Virus record (IMG/VR): IMGVR_UViG_3300028706_000329
Location: 1-60,089 of that record
DNA from: a virus
Lineage: Duplodnaviria; Caudoviricetes
Direction: 5' to 3' (one strand)
Length of the DNA: 60,089 bases
The notes below the pieces were generated by a model that was given only the letters and a program-made list of their open reading frames with translations, did no database searches and was not told where the DNA came from. Made by a program: the position numbers and the translations under genes. Of this stretch, positions 19,990 through 31,827 are shown one piece after another; within the stretch, counting starts at the first letter, position 1; each line of letters begins with the position of its first letter.

Positions 19990-20307
19990 ATGAGTAAAGT
20001 AGCAAAAAATGATTGGACCGCTAGTATAAACGGTTCAGCGTATTCAACAGCAAGTTCAGCTGCAATAACACCAACTTCTGGAAATGTATGGATAGCAATA
20101 ACAATCCTTACAGATACAGTCTTTGATAGTGCAAGCGGATTAGTTGCTGAAAGTGCGACAACGTATGTTAACACTGAAGGCATTGGGGCAGGAGCCGCAG
20201 GTTTAGTAGTTGATAGCGTAACATTCCCAAAAGGAGTAACAATTTATGGTCGTTGGACTGAAATTGATGTTGCTTCAGGAACTATTGTTGCATATCAAGG
20301 AATTTAA
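19990..20307 (+). CDS. Small beta-rich virion protein
   Basis: ...VTFPKGVTIYGRWTEIDVASG.IVAY; in the head module. Confidence 0.7.
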   Translation: MSKVAKNDWTASINGSAYSTASSAAITPTSGNVWIAITILTDTVFDSASGLVAESATTYVNTEGIGAGAAGLVVDSVTFPKGVTIYGRWTEIDVASGTIVAYQGI

Positions 20308-20359
20308 AGGTATACGTATTCTTGCCTTATTAAAAGAATACAAATAATTATATTATATT

Positions 20360-21562
20360 ATGTCAGAAGAAACACAAGTAAAAATTGTAGAAGATGAAAA
20401 TCCATCAACTGCAGAACAAGAAACCAAAGTGCTCAAAAAAATGGGTGCTGATATAGGTGAAGAATCTATTACTAAAGTAGATTTAAGACAAACTAAAGAA
20501 GAAACAGATGCCGTTCAAGAACAAAGCACAGATGATAGCCTGTCAAGCGGAAGCGACACGGATGAAAAAGCTGGGGAAGAAACCAAAGTGGAATTGCAAG
20601 AAGTACAGCAAGAAGAAAGCCAATTAGCTTTAGAAGAAGTAATTGACGAAGAAACCAAGGAAGAACCTAAAGAAGATCCTATAGAGGAACTTAAAGAAGA
20701 AATAGAAGAAGCTGTTCAAACATCACAAGATACAGCAACAGAATTACCAGAAAACATTCAAAAGGTTGTAGACTTTATGAATGATACTGGTGGAACGTTA
20801 GAAGATTATGTAAAAATTAATCAAGATTATTCTAACACAGATGATTCAACTTTATTATATCAATATTATAATCAAACTAAATCACATCTTACAAAAGATG
20901 AAATAGATTTTTTAATTGAAGATAATTTTTCATTTGATGATGAAATTGATGAACCAAGAGATATTAAGCGAAAACAACTCGCTTATAAAGAAGAGATTGC
21001 AAAAGCAAAAATTCATTTAGAAGGATTGAAAAGTAAATACTACGAAGAAGTCAAGTTGGGTTCTAAGTTAACTTCAGATCAACAAAAAGCAATTGAGTTT
21101 TTCAATACCTATAACACCGAACAATCAACACAGCAAGAAACGCGAAAAAAGCAGGCAGCCCATTTTAATAATGAATCTAAAAAAGTTTTTACAGATGAAT
21201 TTAAAGGTTTTGAATTTAATGTTTCAGACAAAAAATATAGATTTAATGTTAAAGATAAAAAGCAAGTACAAGATAAGCACGCGAGTGTATTAAATGTTTT
21301 TGATAAGTATATTGACAACAATAATATGCTAAAAGACGCACCTGGTTATCACAAAGCTCTTTTTGTTGCGGACAATGCAGACGCAATTGCAAATCATTTT
21401 TATGAACAAGGTAAAACTGATGCTATAAAACAGTTAAATGCAGAATCCAAAAATATAAACATGGATCCTCGTCAAGCTGGCACAGTTGAAGCTGGAGGCT
21501 TAAAAGTAAGAGCAATTAGTGGTGATGATAGTTCAAAACTTAAAATTAAACTTAAAAAATAA
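20360..21562 (+). CDS. Capsid scaffolding protein (putative)
   Basis: Very acidic N-terminal half, helical C-terminus; between portal and capsid genes. Confidence 0.7.
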   Translation: MSEETQVKIVEDENPSTAEQETKVLKKMGADIGEESITKVDLRQTKEETDAVQEQSTDDSLSSGSDTDEKAGEETKVELQEVQQEESQLALEEVIDEETKEEPKEDPIEELKEEIEEAVQTSQDTATELPENIQKVVDFMNDTGGTLEDYVKINQDYSNTDDSTLLYQYYNQTKSHLTKDEIDFLIEDNFSFDDEIDEPRDIKRKQLAYKEEIAKAKIHLEGLKSKYYEEVKLGSKLTSDQQKAIEFFNTYNTEQSTQQETRKKQAAHFNNESKKVFTDEFKGFEFNVSDKKYRFNVKDKKQVQDKHASVLNVFDKYIDNNNMLKDAPGYHKALFVADNADAIANHFYEQGKTDAIKQLNAESKNINMDPRQAGTVEAGGLKVRAISGDDSSKLKIKLKK

Positions 21563-21584
21563 TAATTAAAAATTTCAATATAAA

Positions 21585-23033
21585 ATGGCAGCAATAACTC
21601 CAACAGCCGGAGGCAGTCTAAATTCAACACCTGCACCGGCTAAACAGACTTTGTCTTCTAACTACCTATCTTTTACAGGTGGTTCTAATGACTGGTCTCA
21701 ACAATACCTACCGGATTTATATGAGAAAGAAGTTGAAGTATTTGGAAACAGATCCGTAGCTTCTTTCCTAAGATTAGTAGGCGCTGAAATGCCTATGACT
21801 TCTGACCAAGTAGTTTGGTCTGAGCAAGGTAGATTACATTTACATTACAAAGGTGCAGCAGTAGCTAACACCGGTGTAATTACAATCGCATCAAGTGGCA
21901 CACATGCCGTAAGAGTAGGGCAAACAATCGTATTAAGCGATAACCAAACTTCTCCTACAGTAATTAAGTGTTACATCTCTGCGGTTGCGTCCGACAACAC
22001 AACATGTACTGCAATTCCTTATACAGGAGCTGCAACGGTTGGTGCAGTGTCTGGATTCGATACCACTGATGATAGTGCATCAAACACGTGTGACTTTTTC
22101 GTTTATGGTTCTGAATTTAAGAAAGGAACTTCAGGAATGTCTAACGCGGTACAGCCTTCTTTCGCTTCTTTAACTAACAAACCAATTATCATTAAAGATA
22201 AATATGAAGTATCAGGATCTGACGCTTCTCAAATTGGTTGGGTTGAAGTAACAGGTGAAAATGGACAATCTGGTTACCTATGGTATTTAAAAGCTGAAGG
22301 TGACACGAGACAAAGATTCGAGGATAACCTTGAAATGGCAATGATTGAGGGTGAACTAGCAGCAGCAGCTGGTGGCGTAGACTCACAACTTGGTACAGCT
22401 GGATCAGCTGATACTGCAGGTACACAGGGTCTTTTTGCAGCAATAACTGCAAGAGGTCACATTACCACTGGTATCGCAGGTACTTCAGCTACAGATGACT
22501 TAGGTTCGTTTGATAACATTCTTAAGAAATTTGATGCTCAAGGGGCGATCGAAGAAAATATGTTATTTATTAACAGAAACGTATCTTTAGCAATTGACGA
22601 TATGCTTGCAACGCAAAATTCTTACGGTGCGGGTGGTACATCTTATGGTGTATTCTCAAATAGTGAAGATATGGCACTTAACTTAGGATTTTCTGGATTT
22701 AGAAGAGGTTCTTATGACTTCTATAAAACTGACTGGAAATACTTAAATGATGGCTCAACAAGAGGAATTATTGAAGACGACGTAAGAGGTGTAGTAGTAC
22801 CGGCTGGTACATCTACTGTTTATGACCAAATTCTTGGTAAAAACATTAAAAGACCTTTCTTACACGTAAGATATAGAGCTTCTGAAGCTGATGACAGAAA
22901 GATGAAATCTTGGACAACTGGTTCAGTTGGTGGAAACATCACTTCTGACCTAGATGCGATGGAAGTTCATTACCTATCTGAAAGATGTCTAATTACACAA
23001 GGTGCAAACAACTTTATGTTATTGACTTCTTAA
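21585..23033 (+). CDS. Major capsid protein
   Basis: 482 aa after the scaffold, followed by a strong terminator; biased codon usage. Confidence 0.85.
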   Translation: MAAITPTAGGSLNSTPAPAKQTLSSNYLSFTGGSNDWSQQYLPDLYEKEVEVFGNRSVASFLRLVGAEMPMTSDQVVWSEQGRLHLHYKGAAVANTGVITIASSGTHAVRVGQTIVLSDNQTSPTVIKCYISAVASDNTTCTAIPYTGAATVGAVSGFDTTDDSASNTCDFFVYGSEFKKGTSGMSNAVQPSFASLTNKPIIIKDKYEVSGSDASQIGWVEVTGENGQSGYLWYLKAEGDTRQRFEDNLEMAMIEGELAAAAGGVDSQLGTAGSADTAGTQGLFAAITARGHITTGIAGTSATDDLGSFDNILKKFDAQGAIEENMLFINRNVSLAIDDMLATQNSYGAGGTSYGVFSNSEDMALNLGFSGFRRGSYDFYKTDWKYLNDGSTRGIIEDDVRGVVVPAGTSTVYDQILGKNIKRPFLHVRYRASEADDRKMKSWTTGSVGGNITSDLDAMEVHYLSERCLITQGANNFMLLTS

Positions 23034-23045
23034 TACTTTTTTACA

Positions 23046-23086
23046 GTAGAGCAGGGCGCGGTAACAGCGCCTTAGCTTTACTTTTT
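23046..23086 (+). terminator. Rho-independent terminator after the capsid gene
   Basis: GTAGAGC.AGGGCGC / GCGCCTT.GCTTTAC stem followed by T5. Confidence 0.8.
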
Positions 23087-23109
23087 ATTAACTTATATTA
23101 TATTATATC

Positions 23110-23973
23110 ATGAAAAAAAATAAATCTGCCCAAAGGGCACAAAGTGCTGTTAAATCAGCACCAATACAAGAAACATTTACAGAAGAAGTTGCTGTTAAAG
23201 AACTAGTGACTAAAAAAACTGTAAAAGAAATGCCATTACCAGAACCGAACTCTGGTTGGGCAATGAAAGATAGGTTATATGCACTCAAAGATGGATTATC
23301 CCCTTTGACATATACTATAAAAAGTTCCGGTATATTCTATTTTGATGAAGAAAAAGGATATGAAAGAGAGCTTAAATACACAACAAATCAAACAACAGCA
23401 TTTGTTGATGAGTTTAAAGGAGATGCTAAATTAGAGCACATAACATTTGTTGATGGTACACTAAAAGTACCTAAAGCAAAACAAACATTACAAAAACTTT
23501 TATCATTATATCACCCTCAAAGGAATTCATTATTTTTTGAATTCGATCCAGAAACACAAGCTGAAGATGAGTTAGATATGATGGAATTAGAAATTGAAGC
23601 TTTAAATGCAGCAATGAGCATGGAAATTGACCAGATAGAGGCAATAGTGCGTACTGAAGCTGGAAATAAGGCATCTAAGATGACTTCTAAGGAACTTAGA
23701 CGTGATTTGATTAATATTGCAAAGAGAGATCCTATTCTATTCTTAGAACTAGCGAATGACGAAAACATCAATATTAGGAATATGGGTATTAGAGCGGTTG
23801 AAGCTGGAATTATAAGCTTATCATCTGATCAAAGAACATTCACATGGGGAGCAACAAATAAAAAATTAGTTACGGTACCATACGAAGAAAATCCATACAG
23901 TGCATTAGCAGCGTTTTTCAAAACCGATGATGGAATTGAAATATACGATGCAATTGAAAAAAGACTTAAGTAA
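23110..23973 (+). CDS. Hypothetical protein in the structural module
   Basis: 287-aa ORF downstream of the capsid gene. Confidence 0.8.
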   Translation: MKKNKSAQRAQSAVKSAPIQETFTEEVAVKELVTKKTVKEMPLPEPNSGWAMKDRLYALKDGLSPLTYTIKSSGIFYFDEEKGYERELKYTTNQTTAFVDEFKGDAKLEHITFVDGTLKVPKAKQTLQKLLSLYHPQRNSLFFEFDPETQAEDELDMMELEIEALNAAMSMEIDQIEAIVRTEAGNKASKMTSKELRRDLINIAKRDPILFLELANDENINIRNMGIRAVEAGIISLSSDQRTFTWGATNKKLVTVPYEENPYSALAAFFKTDDGIEIYDAIEKRLK

Positions 23974-23975
23974 GT

Positions 23976-23985
23976 CGTAATTATA
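23976..23985 (+). promoter_or_regulatory. Class B promoter-like motif CGTAATTATA
   Basis: Exact intergenic copy, followed by a TATAAGGC/GCCTTATA hairpin. Confidence 0.5.
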
Positions 23986-24034
23986 GTATAAGGCTACTGT
24001 AATTGTGGCCTTATATTATAATAATAAAAAAAAT

Positions 24035-24739
24035 ATGGCAATTAGCATAGATACAGTTTATCAAAGAGTACAAGCTATTCTTAACAAAGAAAATCGTGGA
24101 TATATAACGCCACAAGAATTTAATTTATTCGCTAATCAAGCACAGCTTGAAATATTCGAACAGTATTTCTTTGACCTAAATCAATATGAAAGACTGCCAA
24201 AAAAAGATACTGAGTATAGCAACTTATCACAACTTACTAATGAAAAAATAAGTAAATTTAAAACCTCAGCAACACTTACATTTGAAAATGAATATTTTGA
24301 ATTGCCAAGTAATTTACATAAGCTAGGCACGGTTATATACAACGGTACAACACCTGTTGAGCAAATAGATCAAAAAAATTTACTAGAATATACGCTTTCC
24401 CCTTTAACATCCCCAACAACAACAAATCCTGTTTTTATACAGAACATTAAAGGAGCATCTTCTACATGGAGCGTTGTAGTATCCCCTAATACCATAACAT
24501 CTCTTATAACGGCATCCTATCTAAGAAAACCTAATAATGTTGAGTGGTCAGGAACAAGTGTTGCTGGAATACTTTTATTTAACTCTGGTAATTCTCAGGA
24601 TTTTGAATTGCATGAATCAGATGAAGTAAAATTAGTAATTAAAATATTATTGTATGCAGGATTAAGTATAAAACAAGCTGATGTTGCACAATTAGCTGAT
24701 GCAAAAGAAACTAAGCAAATACAACAAGAAAAATCTTAA
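24035..24739 (+). CDS. Head-tail adaptor/ring protein (putative)
   Basis: ILNKENRGYITPQEFNLFANQAQ...YLRKP; ATG 24035 preferred over GTG 24005. Confidence 0.65.
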   Translation: MAISIDTVYQRVQAILNKENRGYITPQEFNLFANQAQLEIFEQYFFDLNQYERLPKKDTEYSNLSQLTNEKISKFKTSATLTFENEYFELPSNLHKLGTVIYNGTTPVEQIDQKNLLEYTLSPLTSPTTTNPVFIQNIKGASSTWSVVVSPNTITSLITASYLRKPNNVEWSGTSVAGILLFNSGNSQDFELHESDEVKLVIKILLYAGLSIKQADVAQLADAKETKQIQQEKS

Positions 24740-24742
24740 TAA

Positions 24743-25846
24743 ATGGGACTAATAACACAAAGCGAAAGAGAATATTACGAAGGCGAACAGCTTTTTACAG
24801 GAGATGGGAGTGACACTACGTTTACATTAACGTTTACACCACTACCAACAGCTGAATCAAAATTTAGAGTTTTTCTTGATGGATTAGAAGTAGATGATGA
24901 TTTGCATAGTTATAATTCCAGCACAGGGGTTATAACATTTACTACAGCCCCAGGCAATGGAGTAATAATAAAAGTATTATTAGAAAACCAAAATACAGGT
25001 AATTATAAATATATATCATTAGACAATATAGTAAACAACTTTATGGTATCTTATATAGGAGACGGTAAAATTATAGACAATGCGAGAAAGCTAGATGTAT
25101 TATTCCACTGTAAAAGAGCAATACAAGAGTTTAGTTACGATATAACTAGAGTTGAAAAAATATTTGAAATAACAATACCTGCAAGCTTAACACTGCCGGT
25201 ACCACAAGATTACGTTAATTATGTTAAATTAGCATGGGCAGATGACAATGGCCTTGAAAGACCAATATATCCTGCTCGTCAAACATCTAGACCATCTAAA
25301 TCAGCATTACAGGATACAGATGCTACTTACTTATATGATAATGATAATTCTCTTTTATTAGCAGAGCCTGAAATTACTGAAAGCTTTAAAGGTATTGAAA
25401 CAAATCCTTCACTTGGATCATCAAGTTCAAAAGATTATTTTGCACAGAATCCAACATACAGTGATAGTATAATAGGTTATGGTAGAAGATATGGTAGTAG
25501 TCCTGAAAATTTACAAATAAACGGTGTATTTATACACGATGAAGCAAACGGTAAATTTGGATTTAGCAGTAATCTTTCAGGCAAAAACTTATTATTGCAT
25601 TATGTATCAGATGGGCTTGGAACTGATGCGGAAATGAAAATACATAAAATGGCAGAGGAAGCTGTTTATAAATATGTAGCGCATGCAATACTATCCACAA
25701 AAGCAGATATTCCTGAGTTTATTGTAAATAGATTTAAAAAAGATAGAAGAGCGGCAATGCGAAATGCTAAATTAAGATTATCAAATATTAAATTAAATGA
25801 GCTTTCTCAAATAATGAGAAACAAATCTAAACACTTAAAACATTAA
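24743..25846 (+). CDS. Tail ring/tubular-type structural protein
   Basis: N-terminal FTGDGSDTTFTL...VFLDG...ITFTTAP domain; P.DYVNYVKL. Confidence 0.7.
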   Translation: MGLITQSEREYYEGEQLFTGDGSDTTFTLTFTPLPTAESKFRVFLDGLEVDDDLHSYNSSTGVITFTTAPGNGVIIKVLLENQNTGNYKYISLDNIVNNFMVSYIGDGKIIDNARKLDVLFHCKRAIQEFSYDITRVEKIFEITIPASLTLPVPQDYVNYVKLAWADDNGLERPIYPARQTSRPSKSALQDTDATYLYDNDNSLLLAEPEITESFKGIETNPSLGSSSSKDYFAQNPTYSDSIIGYGRRYGSSPENLQINGVFIHDEANGKFGFSSNLSGKNLLLHYVSDGLGTDAEMKIHKMAEEAVYKYVAHAILSTKADIPEFIVNRFKKDRRAAMRNAKLRLSNIKLNELSQIMRNKSKHLKH

Positions 25847-25850
25847 TTAA

Positions 25851-28800
25851 ATGCCACAAATTAAAAGAACTTTTCTTCAAGGTAAAATGAATAAAGACCT
25901 TGATGAAAGACTTATACCTGAAGGTGAATACAGAGATGGATCTAATATACAAATTTCTATATCAGATGGTAGTAATGTGGGAAGTGTTCAAAACATATTA
26001 GGTAATACTGTAATAAGCTATATTGCTGGCACAAATTTAAAATGTATAGGTACCATAACAGATCATACAAATGATAAAATATATTGGTATATAAAAGGAA
26101 CAAATTTTCAATGTATTGCTGAATACGATATAAATAATAATGCAGTAATACCTATATTAGTTGATTTAAGATCATCAACACAACAATTAAATTTTCCAGA
26201 TAAAACAATAACAGCTATTCAAATATTAGAAGGAAAGCTAGTGTGGTCTGACAATAATTCTGAGCCTAAATTATTAGATATTAATGATTTTAGAACTGCT
26301 TCTGCAAATAATTTTGGATCTACTACTCAAATAGAAAATGATGATTTTAAAGAAGAGCATATAACATTAATAAAGAAAAAACCCAATAACGCACCTACTG
26401 TTGCAATAGAAGAAATAGAAGCTACCACTGATCTTGGTATATTTAATGAAAAATTTATTAGATTTGCATATAGGTTTAAATATAACAACGGCCAATATTC
26501 AGTTATGTCGCCTTTTACTGAAACTGTTTTTTATCCTCCTACAAACCATAATCATAAAGATTATCCTTTTACTTATAATGTTGATGAAGGATATAATGAA
26601 AAAATGGTTAATAGTATAAAACAAATTAAACTGTCTGGCTTTGAAACTGGTTATGATGTAGAATCTATTGATATAATATATTCAGAAGCGGGAAATGTAA
26701 ATATATATATATATAAAACTATACCTTATGCTGATTTAAAATTAGCTAGCGGTTTAAATAATATAGTCACTATAAATAAAGAAAGTTTTTATGCTGTAAT
26801 AAACCCAGAACAACTAGATAGACAATACGATAATATACCGTATAGAGCCAAAGCTATGAGTATTGTAGCCAACAGGATAGTAATGGGTAATTATAAAGAT
26901 GGTATAGATTTAACAAACTATACTCCAGCTTTTAGTATATCGTTAGCAACAAGAAGAGCCGCTTTAGATTTAGATGGAAATGGTACTGCTACTGATTTTA
27001 ATATGCGAAGCGTAAAGTCGGGTAGAACATATCAATTTGGTATAGTTTTTGAAGATGAATATGGTAGGCAAACACCTGTTGTATCAAATGGAACAGGTAG
27101 TATAGAGGTGGAATATGAAGATTTTATAAATCAAATTAGTGGGGGAGTAGCTATAACATCGGGAAAAAACTTTAGAGTAGCGATGACCGGTAGTGCTCCC
27201 TCAAACAATAGGATTAAAAGGTTTAAGTATTATATTAAAGAAACATCAACACGTGATGCTTCGATGAAGTTTCATAATGTTATTTGCCATCAAGTAGCAC
27301 CGGCTTTAGTAGCAGGGCTAGTAGCAACTAAATCAGCTTTTTTAGTTGTTCCTTCAACAGAAATTAATAAAATACATGAAGGAGACTTTTTTGTTCTTAA
27401 AAAAGGATTAAATAGTGGCAAGCCTTTAGCTGGAATAGCAAACCCTAAAAAATATAGAGTAACTGCAAAAGAAGAGGATAAACCATTAGATTGTGATTAT
27501 AACGGGGAAGCAGAAGGAAGATTCTTTTTAAAAGTAGCTGTTGACAATAGCTCAGATCTATTAATTGACGAATCTGTTGATAGTACAAATGGAAATTTAG
27601 TAATTATGCCTTGGTTAAATTCTTCACCGGGCCATGAATGGTACACAGTAGCGGCTGGCGATATAGACACAAGTGATGGGGATATTTATTTATTAGATTT
27701 ATTAGCAGGTGGAACTAGATTTCAGTATTATTTAAAAAATGGTAATATTAGATATGTAATGACACCAAGTTACAGTGGCAGTTTAAATAAAGAAGCGCAA
27801 GGAGCTACTGCTACTATTCCTTGTGGCACAGAGTATGGGGTTTTAAAACAATTAAAAAATGATGTTAGTTTTAATTTAACAGATGGTGATTCTACAATAA
27901 AAGCAATTAGGTTTGATGTGGATAGTTTTGGAAAAGTAAAGAATTTTTACTTTTGTTATCTCGTATTTGGAGAAGATGTTGGAGAGCCTTTAATAATAGA
28001 AAAACTACCTGATGTTGAAGATAAAACAGATTTATACTGGGAAACCTCTGAGTCTTATCTTATAGCTGATTATACAAGTAATAAAGATTTAAGATACTGG
28101 AACTGTATTGATTTTGGTGATGGTGTTGAATCAGATACTATAAAAGATGATTTTAATAATGTTCCAATAACAAAAGGTGTTAGAGTAAATACTACTATAG
28201 CTAGAGAAAATTATCATTTAGTACAAAAAGAGCAAGAACATAAAAGTGGATTAATATACTCAGGTATATATAACTCAATAACAAGTGTAAACGATCTTAA
28301 TCAATTTAGCACAGGTAAAAAAATATCAAAAGAATTAAATACAGAATATGGTAGTATACAAAGATTAGATACTAGAGACACTGACTTAGTAGCTTATTGT
28401 GAAGATAAAGTGCTTAAAATATTAGCAGACAAAAATGCTTTATATAATGCGGATGGTTCTACTAACTTAATGATTTCAAATAAAGTTTTAGGAAAAGCAA
28501 TGCCCTATCTTGCTGATTACGGTATATCTCAAAATCCAGAATCTTTTGCGGAATTTGGTGGAGCATCTTATTTTGTAGATAAAGCTCGAAATGCTGTATT
28601 AAGATTAAGTCAAAATGGTATTGAAGATATATCAAGATATGGTATGACAAATTATTTTAGAGACAAATTAAATGAAAGTTATTCTGAAATAGTAGGAACA
28701 TATGATTTGCATTCCAAACAATATATAATATCTTTTCCAAATTTAAATGGCACCCCTGGAGAAAGTGTGTCTTTTAAGGAAAATGTAAAAGGTTGGCCAT

Positions 28801-30572
28801 CAAGGTTAACTTTTAATTTTGAAAATGGTGTGTCTATAAATGGTATTTTTTATACTTTTAAAGACGGGCAAATATGGAGACAACATAGCCCAGAGGGCGT
28901 TAGAAATAATTTTTATGGTCAAGATTATAATTCTGGTATTAAATTAATATTTCAAGATAATCCCTCTCAAATTAAAAATTTTTTAACATTAGGTTATGAG
29001 GGTACACAGGCTAAAACAGCAACTAAAAAAGGTTGGGTAGTAAATAGCGTTGTAACCAACGAGCAAGAAGGTAAAATAGTTGAATTTAAAGAAAAAGAAG
29101 GTAAATGGTATTCTCAAATATCTGGTATGCCAAGTAATTTAGAAAATTTGGATAGTAAAGAGTTTACAGTACAGGGTCTTGGAAATTTAGGTGAATTTAA
29201 TAATACACAAGTAAGCCCAACTCCAACACCAACAAATACTCGTACTGCAACTCCAACGCCTACTCCAACTAATACGCCTACCCCCACTCCAACTCAAAAT
29301 ATTACTCCAACACCAACACCTACTAATACAGCTACAGCTACTCCAACGCCTACTAAATCTCCAACACCAACACCCACAATAAGTGTTACACCAACATCAA
29401 CAGCCACAAAAACTCCAACCCCAACACCTACGGTAACTTCATCACCAACTCCAACTCCGGGGGTATCGGGATCACCGACGCCTACTCCAACCCCAACGCC
29501 TTCGTCTACTCCATCAGCAGGGGCTGATCCAACTCCAACCCCGACTCCTAGTCAATCATATGTAGTCGCTTTTTACGAATTAAAACAATGTGGTAGTAAC
29601 CAAATAGGATTTAGAACATCAACAACAACACAAGCACAATCATATGCTGCAAATACAAGGTTACAAGATACGTCAAGCGGTTTGTACTATATTATAACAG
29701 GAGAATTAACGACATCAGGAGGTATTATAACAGCTAATGATACAGGACAAACAGGTTGTCCTCAACAAAGCGGTAGTGAGTTTTTTTATGGACTGCAAAA
29801 ATGTGATGACAGTACTACCGGATTTAGAACTGAACAAACAACAGCTCAAATAACTTTTGCTGTAAATGATAGGGTTCAAGACGTTGCGGGAACAAACTAT
29901 TTAGTTGTAAGCACAAATGTAAATGGTCCATCAGCAGTAAGTGCAGGTGCTATGACAGCAACAGGGTCTACAGGGTGTCCTGCCTTACCTACCCCAACTC
30001 CAACACAATCACCAGTTGCTACGCAAACGCCAACAACATTTTTTGCTACTATGATTACTTGTGATGATCCTGCTGGCGCAATATTAGGTGTGTCAGACAG
30101 CTCTGTAATACCTACTAGCTTAGTAATATACGATGGAACAGAATGTTATAGATTTTTAAATACTAATCAAAGACAGCCTAGTACGGATATAGATGATTCA
30201 TCTTTTACTAAATTTAATAGTACCGCATCAGTGGGGCTTAATTGTGCGGCTTGCTTCGATAGTATATTTGGTGTAACACCAACGCCAACCCCATCAACAG
30301 CTCCTTCATGTCATGGTGTTAATTTATTTAGGACTAAAGCAAACCCTCAAAGTAGTTCATCAGCAGAATCAACATTATGTGGTACAGGCTCTGCAGCCGT
30401 ACAAACATTTATAAACGCAACATCGTTAGCTTCGGCTACAGCTGTTTACACTTCGTCAGGCTGTTCAACATTTGAGTCAGGAACAAAATATTATTCTGAA
30501 ATTCCAGGCACATATTATGTGTGGAATGGTAGTTCATTAAGTGGACCGTTTTCAGGATTAAATTGCCAGTAA
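25851..30572 (+). CDS. Tail nozzle/stabilization protein with C-terminal Thr/Pro stalk and Cys-rich domains
   Basis: [45 protein letters not shown]; PT repeats from 29214. Confidence 0.8.
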   Translation: MPQIKRTFLQGKMNKDLDERLIPEGEYRDGSNIQISISDGSNVGSVQNILGNTVISYIAGTNLKCIGTITDHTNDKIYWYIKGTNFQCIAEYDINNNAVIPILVDLRSSTQQLNFPDKTITAIQILEGKLVWSDNNSEPKLLDINDFRTASANNFGSTTQIENDDFKEEHITLIKKKPNNAPTVAIEEIEATTDLGIFNEKFIRFAYRFKYNNGQYSVMSPFTETVFYPPTNHNHKDYPFTYNVDEGYNEKMVNSIKQIKLSGFETGYDVESIDIIYSEAGNVNIYIYKTIPYADLKLASGLNNIVTINKESFYAVINPEQLDRQYDNIPYRAKAMSIVANRIVMGNYKDGIDLTNYTPAFSISLATRRAALDLDGNGTATDFNMRSVKSGRTYQFGIVFEDEYGRQTPVVSNGTGSIEVEYEDFINQISGGVAITSGKNFRVAMTGSAPSNNRIKRFKYYIKETSTRDASMKFHNVICHQVAPALVAGLVATKSAFLVVPSTEINKIHEGDFFVLKKGLNSGKPLAGIANPKKYRVTAKEEDKPLDCDYNGEAEGRFFLKVAVDNSSDLLIDESVDSTNGNLVIMPWLNSSPGHEWYTVAAGDIDTSDGDIYLLDLLAGGTRFQYYLKNGNIRYVMTPSYSGSLNKEAQGATATIPCGTEYGVLKQLKNDVSFNLTDGDSTIKAIRFDVDSFGKVKNFYFCYLVFGEDVGEPLIIEKLPDVEDKTDLYWETSESYLIADYTSNKDLRYWNCIDFGDGVESDTIKDDFNNVPITKGVRVNTTIARENYHLVQKEQEHKSGLIYSGIYNSITSVNDLNQFSTGKKISKELNTEYGSIQRLDTRDTDLVAYCEDKVLKILADKNALYNADGSTNLMISNKVLGKAMPYLADYGISQNPESFAEFGGASYFVDKARNAVLRLSQNGIEDISRYGMTNYFRDKLNESYSEIVGTYDLHSKQYIISFPNLNGTPGESVSFKENVKGWPSRLTFNFENGVSINGIFYTFKDGQIWRQHSPEGVRNNFYGQDYNSGIKLIFQDNPSQIKNFLTLGYEGTQAKTATKKGWVVNSVVTNEQEGKIVEFKEKEGKWYSQISGMPSNLENLDSKEFTVQGLGNLGEFNNTQVSPTPTPTNTRTATPTPTPTNTPTPTPTQNITPTPTPTNTATATPTPTKSPTPTPTISVTPTSTATKTPTPTPTVTSSPTPTPGVSGSPTPTPTPTPSSTPSAGADPTPTPTPSQSYVVAFYELKQCGSNQIGFRTSTTTQAQSYAANTRLQDTSSGLYYIITGELTTSGGIITANDTGQTGCPQQSGSEFFYGLQKCDDSTTGFRTEQTTAQITFAVNDRVQDVAGTNYLVVSTNVNGPSAVSAGAMTATGSTGCPALPTPTPTQSPVATQTPTTFFATMITCDDPAGAILGVSDSSVIPTSLVIYDGTECYRFLNTNQRQPSTDIDDSSFTKFNSTASVGLNCAACFDSIFGVTPTPTPSTAPSCHGVNLFRTKANPQSSSSAESTLCGTGSAAVQTFINATSLASATAVYTSSGCSTFESGTKYYSEIPGTYYVWNGSSLSGPFSGLNCQ
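29214..29557 (+). repeat. Mucin-like Pro/Thr/Ser low-complexity coding repeat
   Basis: [28 protein letters not shown]...[12 protein letters not shown] (about 115 aa), codons diversified. Confidence 0.95.
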
Positions 30573-30600
30573 AAAAATAAAAACAATTAAATTATATTAA

Positions 30601-31827
30601 ATGAAAAATACAATCTTTGTTCAGATTGCGAGTTATCGTGATCCTGAATTATTACCAACATTAAGGGATTTAATTAAAAATTCCAAATACCCGCAGAATT
30701 TAAAAATATGTATAGCATGGCAACATGATATAAATGATAAGTGGGATAACCTTGATGAATTTAAAAACGATAAAAGATTTGAAATAATTGACATTAAGCA
30801 CGACGAATCTGAAGGATGTTGTTGGGCTAGAAATTATATTCAACAAAAATACTCAGGAGAAAAATATACGTTGCAATTAGATTCTCATCATAGATTTGTA
30901 AAAAATTGGGATGAAAAATTAATAAAAATGTATAATAATCTAAAAAATAAGGGACATAATAAACCTTTAATTACTGGTTATATACCGTCATATGAGCCTA
31001 AAAATGATCCTAAAGGCAGAGCTAGTAAAGCTTGGGGTATGCAGTTTGACAGATTTACACCTGAGGGGGTAGTATTTTTTCTACCTTATTGGTTTGATAA
31101 TAAGCTAAAAGAGCCTCTTCCGGCTAGGTTTTATTCAGCACATTTTACATTTACAACTGGGGATTTTTGTAAAGAAGTGCCACACGACCCAGATATGTAT
31201 TTTCACGGAGAAGAAATATCTATAGCAGTAAGAGCTTTTACACATGGATACGACCTATTTCATTCTAACGAATTAATTGCGTGGCATGAGTACACAAGAG
31301 AGGGGCGTACAAAACACTGGGATGATCATAAAAATTGGACTGAAATAAATAAAGCTTCACACCTTAGAATGAGACAACTACTGGGGGTAGATGGGGAACA
31401 TTGTGCTCCTTGCGTTAAAAATGCTTTTGGTGATTTTGGCCTAGGAAATAAAAGAACATTAGAAGAATACCAAGAATACGCTGGAATAAATTTTAAAACT
31501 AGAAACGTAAGAAAATCTACACTTGATAACAATATTCCTACGTTGGGTAAAAAAAATGAACCTTTTACTAAAAAATTTAAACATATAATTGATTTAAATT
31601 CTAACAATTTTAAATATGATGACTACACTTTTGCTGCTATTATATTAGAAGATAAAAATGGTAAATCATTATACAGAAAAGATGAAGATTCTTTTATGGA
31701 TAAAATGAGTGAGAAAGTGGCTTTTCACATAGATGTTGAAGCCAACATTAGTAAACCTTACAAGTGGGTAGTGTGGGCATATTCTCAAAAGAATGAATGG
31801 GCAGAAAAATTAGAAGGAGTCTTATAA
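30601..31827 (+). CDS. GT60-family glycosyltransferase (polypeptide/hydroxyproline GlcNAc-transferase-like, Pfam GlcNAc)
   Basis: TIFVQIASYRDPEL, G.CWAR, LQLDSHHRF..NWD (DSH at 30880-30888), FHGEEISIAVRAFTHGYD. Confidence 0.88.
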   Translation: MKNTIFVQIASYRDPELLPTLRDLIKNSKYPQNLKICIAWQHDINDKWDNLDEFKNDKRFEIIDIKHDESEGCCWARNYIQQKYSGEKYTLQLDSHHRFVKNWDEKLIKMYNNLKNKGHNKPLITGYIPSYEPKNDPKGRASKAWGMQFDRFTPEGVVFFLPYWFDNKLKEPLPARFYSAHFTFTTGDFCKEVPHDPDMYFHGEEISIAVRAFTHGYDLFHSNELIAWHEYTREGRTKHWDDHKNWTEINKASHLRMRQLLGVDGEHCAPCVKNAFGDFGLGNKRTLEEYQEYAGINFKTRNVRKSTLDNNIPTLGKKNEPFTKKFKHIIDLNSNNFKYDDYTFAAIILEDKNGKSLYRKDEDSFMDKMSEKVAFHIDVEANISKPYKWVVWAYSQKNEWAEKLEGVL

